A stretch of 63,979 nt of DNA, filler included. It is 5 parts of 5 records of this genome, joined end to end, with 100 filler letters (N's around TTAATTAATTAA, not from the genome) between each part and the next. Parts side by side here need not be neighbours in the genome. Positions count along the whole stretch, not along the records: positions 25,815 to 47,019 come from SRR2962707_4697; 4 more parts are not named here. One strand, written 5' to 3'. Within the stretch, counting starts at the first letter, position 1, and each line of letters opens with the position of its first letter. Below are positions 31,395 to 40,440 of the stretch, in pieces. The position numbers were made by a program, and so were the translations under genes. The notes under the pieces were generated by a model that worked only from the letters and a program-made list of their open reading frames with translations, was not told the DNA's origin and did no database searches.

Positions 31395-33521
31395 TTATCG
31401 TCCCTCTTGGTTATCGACGATTGCCAGCGCGCCCATCGAGCCCGGATCACGAATGACCATGTTGAGCTGACGAAATATGGCCTTGGCCCTGTCGGTCTGG
31501 CCGAGATGATAATGTGCCCAGGCCCGCATCTGTGTGAGATCACGTGTTTCGGCAACAAGAGGCGCACGCGCATCCAGCGCCGCAAGCGTGCGGCCATATT
31601 GCTTGTGATCGAAAGAGGACCGGGCCCGCTGGGCATAGATCTCGGATCTGAGTTCCTGCTCCCGGCCTTGCGACAATGGGGAGGCTGAGATCAGGGCTTC
31701 CGCCTCGTCGGTCAGGCGCGCACCGAGCAGGGACAAGCCTGCCCCGTAGACCGCATCACTCTTCACCTGCCCGGAGCCTGCCATGGCGCTTTCGAAAGAG
31801 GATCGGGCCTCGCCGAACCGCTTCAGGCCAAGTTCGCACCAGCCACGCACCACGGCGATTGACGGTTTGGTTGCTGATTGGCCGAGCCTGTCGATTTCGC
31901 GCAAACAACCGGAATAGTTCTTCGCGTCGAGGTGTCTGACATAGCTGGTCTTGACCCCTGCCTTGGGTTCTCCAACCGAGGCAGCCTTGCGGCCCTTCGG
32001 TGTTGGAGCGGCTGATATTTCGGCCCAGATATCGGGATAGATTTCGCCGAGTTGGGTCTTCAGGGCAGCGTAGTCCTTCTTGTGGCCGCGCCGCAGCAGG
32101 CTGAGCGCCAGCCCTTTCACCCGATCGGCAGACGCCTCCCAGCCGTAGGATTGCTTGAACCAGGCTTCAGCAGCTTCGAACTGGCGGGAGTTGTAGGCAT
32201 ACCAGCCAAGGATTTCGGCATGATCGGCTGCACTGGTTTCAAGAATGGCGGTTGAATAGGCCCGAACCACGTCTTCGCTCAAGGCATTCTTATCGGGTTT
32301 GCCGAAGCGCGGTGATAGTACGTTCATCAGGAACACCGGATCATCGGAGAGATCAGCCAGATGCGCGGCGGCAAAATCGTAGGCGCGCTTGTTTTCATCC
32401 TGGCGGTAGAGGCTGAGATACAAGCCCTTCGCTGCTTCCGGCCCGGGCGCTTCCTGCATGGCCAGGGCAAACCATTTTTCCGCATCAGCGGGTTTTTCAG
32501 TCTTGAGGTCATGCCACCCAAGCAGCGAGAGATCTTCCGCTTTGTTGGATTTCCTGGCTTCAGCCGACAAAAGCCCCAGCTCGACTTCAGAAACAGCAGC
32601 AGCGTCCTTGGTGCTGTTGAACTCGGCAATCTGTTTTCGCGCAATATCCAGGCGAAGTGCACCCGGAAGGTAGTTGTCGGACTGATGCGGCCACAAGCTC
32701 GCAGCAAGGATCCGGATCTCGGAAGCAGGGAAATCCTTCAATGCCTTTTGCAGCGTCACGACAAGGTATTCGTCGGACAGACGGTTTGAGCTGTCGCGCG
32801 CCAGCAACCCACGGAAGACATGGGCCAGACCGTCCCGGTCACCGACAGCCGAAAGGGCATCGATGCGCATCCAGTTGAGGTCCACATCGGTCTCAGTGGC
32901 CGGATCGATGCCTGCCGACATGTCGAGCAGGGCCAGCCAGTCTTCGGCTTGCGCCAGTTCGCTCATGCGCACGCGCAGCTTCTTGCGGATCAGCTTGCCC
33001 TGAAAATCCGGCGTCGGTTGCCAGGAAGCATCCTCGGCCTGGCGACGGATGATCTCTGCGTCGATGCGGGTGAAATCATCGGCAGTAAACATTTCCCAGA
33101 GGCTGGTTTCGTCAGGAACCGCGGCCTGGCTGGCGGTGTAGAGATCCTTTGGCGGCATGAAGCCAGGATGCAAAACCTGCAGCCGTGTGATTTCCGCATC
33201 CACACGCTCTGACTGGCGTTGCTTGGCGTAGTAATAAAGTGCTGCGGTCTGAACCGGATCAAGAGCTTGCCTGTCAGCCGGGATCTGCAGTGTCTTCTCC
33301 TGTGGTGGCGCAAGAAGTGAAGGAAAGGGTTGCGCCGGTCGGGCGATCAACAGCTGCGCCGAATCCTCAGCGGCCACCGGAAAAACACCTGCAGCCACCA
33401 GCATGCTGACACTGCTCAGGGCGATGCCCAAGCTTCTCAACATCCTGTACGAAACTGCTCTCGAACACTCCTGGCGCGTCTTCTGCGCTGCCCGGCGCAG
33501 GGGATGGTCGGCAGCTCTCAT
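31395..33521 (-). CDS. Cellulose synthase-associated TPR protein (CelG/BcsK-like)
   Basis: Signal peptide; ALYYYA....RVDAEI.RL..LHP.F.PP motif; TPR-like LGW..Y..A..WF repeats; ATGA overlap with bcsB stop. Confidence 0.75.
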   Translation of the reverse strand: MRAADHPLRRAAQKTRQECSRAVSYRMLRSLGIALSSVSMLVAAGVFPVAAEDSAQLLIARPAQPFPSLLAPPQEKTLQIPADRQALDPVQTAALYYYAKQRQSERVDAEITRLQVLHPGFMPPKDLYTASQAAVPDETSLWEMFTADDFTRIDAEIIRRQAEDASWQPTPDFQGKLIRKKLRVRMSELAQAEDWLALLDMSAGIDPATETDVDLNWMRIDALSAVGDRDGLAHVFRGLLARDSSNRLSDEYLVVTLQKALKDFPASEIRILAASLWPHQSDNYLPGALRLDIARKQIAEFNSTKDAAAVSEVELGLLSAEARKSNKAEDLSLLGWHDLKTEKPADAEKWFALAMQEAPGPEAAKGLYLSLYRQDENKRAYDFAAAHLADLSDDPVFLMNVLSPRFGKPDKNALSEDVVRAYSTAILETSAADHAEILGWYAYNSRQFEAAEAWFKQSYGWEASADRVKGLALSLLRRGHKKDYAALKTQLGEIYPDIWAEISAAPTPKGRKAASVGEPKAGVKTSYVRHLDAKNYSGCLREIDRLGQSATKPSIAVVRGWCELGLKRFGEARSSFESAMAGSGQVKSDAVYGAGLSLLGARLTDEAEALISASPLSQGREQELRSEIYAQRARSSFDHKQYGRTLAALDARAPLVAETRDLTQMRAWAHYHLGQTDRAKAIFRQLNMVIRDPGSMGALAIVDNQEGR

Positions 33522-35938
33522 TGGTCTGTCCTCACGCCGGCACTGGGGACCATGCGTCCAAGCCAGATGGCGAAAACAGCCATCAGCGCAATCACCAGTA
33601 CAACGTAAATCCGAAAGTGATCGGAAAACCATGCGGCGGCGATCCTTCGCAGATTTCCCGGACCGTAGTCGCTGAGTTCATGGGCGAAATAACTCTGCGC
33701 CTGTGTTGTCCGGATCGTGTCTGCATCGAGATCGAACACCACGCTTTCACCTTCGATGCGGTTCCACACGGCCGGTTTGGAAAGCATCTGCGAGACTTCG
33801 CTCATGTCGAACGAGGTGTCTGCGGTCAACCAGGTCACGACACCGTTGCCGGAGACATTCGGACGCTGGGTGAGAACCGCCTTCCGGCGAGGCTCGACCG
33901 GTGCAGCCTGATCGGATGCGCTCTGATAGTTGAGCCATTTGCCGAACGACCGGTAGATATCGTCCAGTTTCTCAGACAGGCCGGTGGAAAAGGTGCTGCC
34001 ACTGCCCTGATTGCGCGTGGTCTGGCGAAAGGCGTCAAGCAATGCCGCGGGATCGCTGGTCAATGCCGTCGGCACGACTGCTCCGGAGAGATTGATGCCC
34101 GCGGTGACAATCGGATCGGTGATGTCGAAGCCGCGCGCAAACACGATTTCGTTCGAGGCAGCAGGGACGCCTGCTGGCCCTAGACGGGCCAGTTCTTCAG
34201 CTGCCTTTTTTGAAGCAATCACCAGTGCGTTGCCCTGGCTGCCGGTTTTTGGCGGACCGAAGTTCAGCTGCGTCAACAAAGGTGCCTGGGCCGAAACGCT
34301 CATCTTGGCGATGATGGTCAGTGCCGTCGAGATTGAAGCAGCATCGGATTGCAGGACATGGACATCAACCGCATTGGCACCGGCATAGGGATAGGCAGAA
34401 CCGGACAGGGTTGCCAGTTCAGGGAGACGCGCGACCCGCGCCAGCGCCGGGACGCGAATTTCGGTGGTATCAAGCAGGATGAAACGCGGCACGGTGTCAT
34501 CGCGTTCGGTAAAGATGCAGCTGTCATCAGAGGGCCGCTCCAGCTCGGCAAGCACCTCGATCTGGTTGCGACCGGGGCGGAAAGCCCGCAGCGGCAATTC
34601 CAGCTTGCGGCCCGAAAACACCTCGCCACCGGTATCGCGCATCGGCAGGCTCGTGACGATTTGATCGTTGACGCGAACCAGCAGTTGCGATGTCGGCTTG
34701 AGGCCAGGGGATGTTGCCGCATGCAGAGCCAGATCGAGAGTCGCATATTCAGCCGGATAGAATTCGGCAGGCATGATCATGTCGAAGCGGGTTCGGAACA
34801 AGCGGCCGCTGAAGGGGGCGGAGACATAGCCGGCATCGGCGAGCGTGTAGACGGTGGACGCTTCCGAGCGGATTTCACCTTTGCGGGGCGCCCGTATTCC
34901 GCTGTCGAAGTTGGCCTTGAGCGGTCCTTTGACGGCGTTCAGCAACAGGCCGGGAATCTCGCCGTCAGTGGCCGAACGCAGAACCACCCTGCGGCGCAGA
35001 GGATCGGCGCCGGGCGCCATCGAAAGCCCGTAAGGCGTATCGCTGCGAATGGCTGCAAGCGAGGTCTGGTCATCGTCGGAGGCAACCAGCACATCAATAC
35101 CCGGCCCTGTGCCGGGTGTGTCGGCGACTGTTACCGAGATGTCGTCGCGATTGAGCGCCAGCGCCAGCGTCTGGAGCATCGGGGTAGCCCGGTTGAGAGC
35201 CACCTCACCCGATCCTTGCGGAAGGATCAGCCGGATATCCGTCAGTCCAAGGCTGTTGCGGCCGACTGTGCGCAGACTGGCGAAATCAATCACTCCGCTC
35301 GCCAAACGCGGACGAAAACCCGATGTCTGCTCATCGAATTCGGTCCAGAGTTCGTAGGTTGCCTCGATCGAGCAATCGACCCGGTGCCGGTGCACGGCGC
35401 GCAGTTGCACTTCATTGACCCCAGGACGCAGCGCAGACGGCGGCACGGCAATGGTTTGCGCCTCGAACCCCGATGGGGAGCGGACCGGGAAATCGCCGAC
35501 CGGCGATCCGTTGACCATGACAGATACCAGCGAGTTCTCCGGCATCACTGAAACGGCGTTGCGATAGGCAAGCACCAGATCGCCGCCATCGGCGACATTC
35601 GTTGCATCGAGCAGGAAGGTCAGGTTGATGACATCGTCTTCTCCCTCAAACCTCAATGCTGAGTTTGGTTGCTCGAAGGCCGTCAAAGTGGCATCGCGCC
35701 CAGCCGCAATGGCAAGAGCCTTTGGCCGGGTCGACAAAATGGTGCTTTGCCCCAATCCCAGTCCCTGGCCCAGTCCCAGACTCAGATCTTGGTCCTGGCC
35801 CTGAACCTGCCCGAGACCTTGCAAGGACACCACCGGACTGGCGGCGGCTTCAGACAACAGGCTTTGCGCCATGGCGGCTGGTGCAACAGAGGCACCCAGA
35901 ACAACAAGTGTCGCCAGCGAAGACAAGAGCTTATGCAT
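33518..35938 (-). CDS. bcsB: Cellulose synthase periplasmic subunit BcsB
   Basis: Signal peptide, NAVSVMPE.S, HRHRVDCS..ATYELWT, single C-terminal TM; start overlaps bcsA stop. Confidence 0.9.
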   Translation of the reverse strand: MHKLLSSLATLVVLGASVAPAAMAQSLLSEAAASPVVSLQGLGQVQGQDQDLSLGLGQGLGLGQSTILSTRPKALAIAAGRDATLTAFEQPNSALRFEGEDDVINLTFLLDATNVADGGDLVLAYRNAVSVMPENSLVSVMVNGSPVGDFPVRSPSGFEAQTIAVPPSALRPGVNEVQLRAVHRHRVDCSIEATYELWTEFDEQTSGFRPRLASGVIDFASLRTVGRNSLGLTDIRLILPQGSGEVALNRATPMLQTLALALNRDDISVTVADTPGTGPGIDVLVASDDDQTSLAAIRSDTPYGLSMAPGADPLRRRVVLRSATDGEIPGLLLNAVKGPLKANFDSGIRAPRKGEIRSEASTVYTLADAGYVSAPFSGRLFRTRFDMIMPAEFYPAEYATLDLALHAATSPGLKPTSQLLVRVNDQIVTSLPMRDTGGEVFSGRKLELPLRAFRPGRNQIEVLAELERPSDDSCIFTERDDTVPRFILLDTTEIRVPALARVARLPELATLSGSAYPYAGANAVDVHVLQSDAASISTALTIIAKMSVSAQAPLLTQLNFGPPKTGSQGNALVIASKKAAEELARLGPAGVPAASNEIVFARGFDITDPIVTAGINLSGAVVPTALTSDPAALLDAFRQTTRNQGSGSTFSTGLSEKLDDIYRSFGKWLNYQSASDQAAPVEPRRKAVLTQRPNVSGNGVVTWLTADTSFDMSEVSQMLSKPAVWNRIEGESVVFDLDADTIRTTQAQSYFAHELSDYGPGNLRRIAAAWFSDHFRIYVVLVIALMAVFAIWLGRMVPSAGVRTDQ

Positions 35939-38186
35939 GTGAGCGGGCTCCCTCGACTGCCAACTCCAGTTGCGGGGTCTTGGCCGGAATGCTGGCATTG
36001 TTGTCCTTGACGGTGATTGGCGCGTCGGCAAACGACGCGACTTTGCCGGCGCGGCCGAAGCCCAGGAGGTAACCTGCTGCTCTGAAGGACTCAACGAGGC
36101 TCCAGCTGGCAAAACGCAAGGTCCCACGCACGATGTCGAGGCGAACCTGGCGACGGCTGATGCGATCCTGCAGCGGTTGCTGGTCCGCGTACATGATTTC
36201 GGCAATGGCCATGAAGGTCTCCGGATTGCGTTCGGGGAAGGCAAAGCCAAAGATGTTGCCGCCATCAAATTGACGGATCGACCGGATGGTGACCTGGAAT
36301 GGCACCAGCCTGCCGGCTCGGCGAACCTCGATTTCACCCGACCAGTCGGACTTCGGATCGATATCGGGTTCCTGCTGGGGAAACTGCACCGATACGCCAC
36401 CGCTCGACGCATCAAGCAAGATGACATCCCAGGTGCGCCCGCCCTGGCGCAGCAGGCCGTGGCGACGGATCGGAAGACGCTGATTGCGGCGCAATTCGCG
36501 GCGTTCGGCGACAACGCCCAGTCCGGCGGCAGCCAGGAAGAGATTGAGGAAGTTCCACATCGCGACGATCAGCAGCAAGTCCGAGGCTACCGGCTCGGTA
36601 GCCAGCCGCCACATCGAATAGACCGCTGCAACAAGCAGCACGAAGAAGATGACAAAATAGGGAACCGCGATGGCTGACAGACCGTTTGAATCGAGCGTCT
36701 GGCCCTTGGCAGTCACGTTGAAGGTCGGCTTGCGCGGATTGCGTATGACGCTGAAAATCGACCTGACAAGCATCACCGACTGAACATATTCATACAGCTC
36801 GGAGACCCAAGGCCAGCGGACCTTGCCATAGAGATAGCTCTGCATGGCGAAGGATGCGATCAGGTAGGTCAGCGCGTAGGCGCCGAATTCCTGGATGTTG
36901 GCCTGATAGATTTCCAGCGAAAAGAAGATGTAAAGCAGGGGCGACAGCATGAACGCCATTCGCGACAGCGGGAACAGCCAGAACAGGTTGATGCCCGCAT
37001 AGCAAATCCGCTGCCCCACGGTCAGACCCTTGGCCAGGAACGGCCGGTTGAGAATGAGGATCTGCAACATGCCCTGACACCAGCGGGCGCGCTGACCGAT
37101 GAAGGCCACGAAAGTTTCAGGCTGCAAACCGGCAATCAGCGGCTTGTCGACATAGACCGAATGCCAGCCCTTGGCATGCAGGCTCAGCGCGGTTTCGCAA
37201 TCTTCGGTGATCGACTGGCCCGAGAAGCCGCCGGTTGTTTCAAGCGCCTTGCGCCGCAGCACCGCAGCGGAGCCGCAGAAGAACGAGGCATTCCACTTGT
37301 CCAGCCCGCGTTGAAGCACCGAGTAGAACATTTCGTTTTCCGACGGCATCGCGCTGAACGTCTGGAGGTTTTTCTCAAGCGGATCGGGATTGAGGAAATA
37401 GTGCGGCGTCTGCACCAGGAAGAGTTTTGGATCCTCCCCGAAAAAGCTCACGGTTTCCTTGAGGAACTCGCGTACCGGCGCGTGATCGGCATCAAACACG
37501 ACGACCAGCTCTGCCTTGGAGACCCGCAACCCGTCATTGAGATTGCCGGCCTTGGCGTGATCGTTTTTCTTGCGGGCATGGTAGTTGACGCCCATGGCCC
37601 GGCAGAGCGCCTTGAGTTGCTCATGGCGGCGGGTAGCGGCTAGCGCCAGAACCGGATCCTTCTGTGTCCGCTTGGCCTCGGTTCCGCCGTCATCGAGCAG
37701 CCAGATCGACACCTTGTGACGCGGGTAGATCATCGATTTAGCAGCAGCGAGCGTTCCGGCAAGCAGTTCGGGATCTTCATTGTAGGTGGGGATCAGTACA
37801 TCGACGGTGGGAAGCTCTTCAAGCGAGCGAACCTTCGGGGCAACGCGCTTGATCGGATCTGCCAGCATGAAGAAACTGATTGCCAGCATCGCAAGGCTGT
37901 ACATCTCGGCAATATAAAGCAGCAGGCCGGGAATGAAATCGAGCGGATCGGAGATGGACGGCAAGGTCTCCGTCGTGCGCCAGAAAGCGTAACGCAGCGC
38001 CAGCACCGCACAGAACACAAAGGTGATGAAGCGAAACACCGTGTTTTCCGGCCTGGTCATGCCAAAGAACATCGCGCCCAGAGCAGCAAGGCTCAATACC
38101 AGTTGCGCCTGAAGGCTTAGCGGCATCCAAAGAAAGGTCAGTCCAATAAACCCGGCTGCCAGAGCAAGCCATTTCGTGCACATCAT
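35931..38186 (-). CDS. bcsA: Cellulose synthase catalytic subunit BcsA
   Basis: DDGG, HAKAGN, FDADH, QTPH, FFCGS, TED, QRARW; PilZ motifs RRNQR and DASSGG; start between 38183 and 38201. Confidence 0.96.
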   Translation of the reverse strand: MMCTKWLALAAGFIGLTFLWMPLSLQAQLVLSLAALGAMFFGMTRPENTVFRFITFVFCAVLALRYAFWRTTETLPSISDPLDFIPGLLLYIAEMYSLAMLAISFFMLADPIKRVAPKVRSLEELPTVDVLIPTYNEDPELLAGTLAAAKSMIYPRHKVSIWLLDDGGTEAKRTQKDPVLALAATRRHEQLKALCRAMGVNYHARKKNDHAKAGNLNDGLRVSKAELVVVFDADHAPVREFLKETVSFFGEDPKLFLVQTPHYFLNPDPLEKNLQTFSAMPSENEMFYSVLQRGLDKWNASFFCGSAAVLRRKALETTGGFSGQSITEDCETALSLHAKGWHSVYVDKPLIAGLQPETFVAFIGQRARWCQGMLQILILNRPFLAKGLTVGQRICYAGINLFWLFPLSRMAFMLSPLLYIFFSLEIYQANIQEFGAYALTYLIASFAMQSYLYGKVRWPWVSELYEYVQSVMLVRSIFSVIRNPRKPTFNVTAKGQTLDSNGLSAIAVPYFVIFFVLLVAAVYSMWRLATEPVASDLLLIVAMWNFLNLFLAAAGLGVVAERRELRRNQRLPIRRHGLLRQGGRTWDVILLDASSGGVSVQFPQQEPDIDPKSDWSGEIEVRRAGRLVPFQVTIRSIRQFDGGNIFGFAFPERNPETFMAIAEIMYADQQPLQDRISRRQVRLDIVRGTLRFASWSLVESFRAAGYLLGFGRAGKVASFADAPITVKDNNASIPAKTPQLELAVEGARSHA

Positions 38187-38313
38187 GTGCATACCCCACA
38201 CATCAATTAGGCCTCCGCGTCATGCGGAAAGCATTTCACATCGGTGGCGAAAATAGAGTGAGAGTGGTTCATAGAATGCTAATAAGCCAGACTACCTGAC
38301 CAATATAAAAAGC

Positions 38314-38332
38314 ATGGTTAACGAAGGGTTTA
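38314..38332 (-). promoter_or_regulatory. CtrA-like box upstream of bcsA
   Basis: Minus strand TAAA-CCCTTCG-TTAACCAT. Confidence 0.55.
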
Positions 38333-38457
38333 GGCGGTCCGGAATGCCGTCTGGCAGCACAAATCGAAAGATTTTCCATGCATCTGCTGAGCCCGTTCCG
38401 GAGCAACCCGGCCCGCCAGCCCACTCCCGGCATCACTCAATCTTCCATGCCTGCATC

Positions 38458-38486
38458 TTGATGAATGAATATTCATTCACTATAGA
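38458..38486 (+). promoter_or_regulatory. Sigma70 promoter with TetR operator in the spacer
   Basis: TTGATG-17 bp-TATAGA enclosing the perfect palindrome TGAATGAATATTCATTCA (38462-38479). Confidence 0.75.
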
Positions 38487-38589
38487 TACAAGCCTGACAA
38501 GACCTGTGATCCGGTCCGTCTTCTGGACGCGTACTGGTTTGCAAAGGCCTCTTTGGCATTCACATGCATGAACATTCGAGGACCGTTTG

Positions 38590-39225
38590 ATGGACGCCCC
38601 TGTAGCCAACCCTGCGACCAGTACCGCGAGCAAGCGCGCCTCGGATATCCTCGATCAGGTTAAGTCGGTCTTTGCCCTGAACGGATTCGAGGGCGCGTCG
38701 ATGCAGGACCTGGCGCAGGCTGCGCAGATGAGCGTTGGCAATTTCTATCGCTACTTTTCCTCCAAGGACGCCATCATCACCGCGCTGGTCAAACGTGACC
38801 TGGAGGAGATCGAAGCGCTTTTCGAGGCGATCAAGGCCGCCAGCGATCCTGGCAAGATGTTCATGACATTGCTGCGTGAACGCATCGAGACCCTGCCTGC
38901 CGAGGATGCCGCACTGTGGAGCGAGGTCCAGGCTGCGTCCTTCCGGTCCGTCGAGATCGCCACGCTGATGCGCACCATGGACTCCACCGTGCGCCATAAC
39001 ATGGTCTGGGCCCTGACCCAGATCCATGGCGACGACAGCCCCGCCGCCCTGGCGATATTTGAATCACGCGCTCAATTGATGATGCTGCTGATTCACGGCT
39101 TTGCCCAGCGCAAATACTGCGCCGGCAAGGATGTGAGCGCTGAACAATCGACCGCGCTCGGTGAGCTCGTTCTTTCGACACTGCACGACACAATTTTCAC
39201 GCCCCCAGCCAACCCCGCCGAATGA
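38590..39225 (+). CDS. TetR/AcrR family regulator
   Basis: HTH GFEGASMQDLAQAAQMSVGNFYRYF. Confidence 0.92.
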   Translation: MDAPVANPATSTASKRASDILDQVKSVFALNGFEGASMQDLAQAAQMSVGNFYRYFSSKDAIITALVKRDLEEIEALFEAIKAASDPGKMFMTLLRERIETLPAEDAALWSEVQAASFRSVEIATLMRTMDSTVRHNMVWALTQIHGDDSPAALAIFESRAQLMMLLIHGFAQRKYCAGKDVSAEQSTALGELVLSTLHDTIFTPPANPAE

Positions 39226-40430
39226 CCGGAACTCTTATGCGCCCTGCCCTTCTTCTTGCACTGCCCCTTCTCTCCGTCATGGCCTTTCCGGCTGGCGCGG
39301 TGGACGCGGAGAAAACACCTTCTACAGGCGCGTTGCCGCCGGCAATCATTGCCGTCAGGGCCGAGAAAGAGCCGATCACCGACCGGGTGCTTTCCAACGG
39401 CATGATCACGGCAAGCGAGGAAGTGCTGGTGGCCCCGCAGGTCGAAGGGCTGGCGATCGAAAGTCTTGAGGCAGATGTCGGTGACAGGGTGGAAGCAGGA
39501 TCGGTGCTGGCCACACTGTCCAAGGATCAACTGATCCTGCAGCGCAGCCAGCTCGACGCCAACCGCGCCAAGGCGCTGGCCGCCATCGCGCAACTCGAAG
39601 CGCAACTGGCAGAGGTTGAATCGAACACGCAGGAAACCGTCAAGGCGAGCGAGCGCGCCAAACAGCTGGCCGCGCAAGGCACCTATTCTTCTGTCCAGGC
39701 AGAGCAGGCAGAAGCGCAGGCCACAGCGGCACTGGCGCGGGTCCGCTCGGTGAAGGAATCGATCAAGGTGGCACAGGCCGATATCGCGGTGATTGACGCG
39801 CAGATGAAGGACATAGAGTTGCGCCTGGCCCGCAGTGAGGTCAAGGCACCGGTGTCGGGCATCGTTTCGGCCCGGGGCGCCCGCGTCGGCGCCATCGCCA
39901 GCGCAAGCGCCGGCCCGATGTTCACCATCATAAGGGACGGCAAGCTGGAACTGCGTGCCGATATTGCCGAGGCCGACATGCACCGCGTTGCCGAAGGTCA
40001 GCCTGTACTGATCCATCTCATCGGCGCAGAGGCTCCGGTTGAAGGGACGATACGGCTGATCGAGCCGACGCTCAACACCACAACCCGGCTAGGCATGGCC
40101 CGCATCGAAATTGGTGACGGCGCAAACCTGCGTGCCGGCATGTTCGCAGACGCCGAAATCATTGTGGCGACACGCGACGCAATTACCGTGCCGGTGACAT
40201 CGGTCAACATGGCCCGTGACGGCGCCGATGTTCTCAAGATCGAAGACGGCATCGCGCGGCGCACGGCTGTCAGCACCGGCATTCGCGAAGGCGGCCGGGT
40301 GGAGATTGTCGAGGGACTGGCGCGCGGCGATCTGATCGTTGCCAAGGCCGGAGCATTTGTGCGCGACGGCGACCGGATCACGCCGGTGGAAGAAACCGAC
40401 AGCGGCCCAGTCGCCGCGATGACCGAGTGA
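39222..40430 (+). CDS. RND efflux periplasmic adaptor (MFP)
   Basis: Lipoyl-like halves VGDRVEAG and VKAPVSG, alpha-hairpin, LRAGMF. Confidence 0.92.
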   Translation: MTGTLMRPALLLALPLLSVMAFPAGAVDAEKTPSTGALPPAIIAVRAEKEPITDRVLSNGMITASEEVLVAPQVEGLAIESLEADVGDRVEAGSVLATLSKDQLILQRSQLDANRAKALAAIAQLEAQLAEVESNTQETVKASERAKQLAAQGTYSSVQAEQAEAQATAALARVRSVKESIKVAQADIAVIDAQMKDIELRLARSEVKAPVSGIVSARGARVGAIASASAGPMFTIIRDGKLELRADIAEADMHRVAEGQPVLIHLIGAEAPVEGTIRLIEPTLNTTTRLGMARIEIGDGANLRAGMFADAEIIVATRDAITVPVTSVNMARDGADVLKIEDGIARRTAVSTGIREGGRVEIVEGLARGDLIVAKAGAFVRDGDRITPVEETDSGPVAAMTE

Positions 40431-40440
40431 GGCACCCGAG

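Noticed and set aside
33518..36514. 998-aa ORF suggesting an extended BcsB
   Set aside because: The first 192 codons overlap bcsA out of frame; the signal peptide begins at ATG 35938
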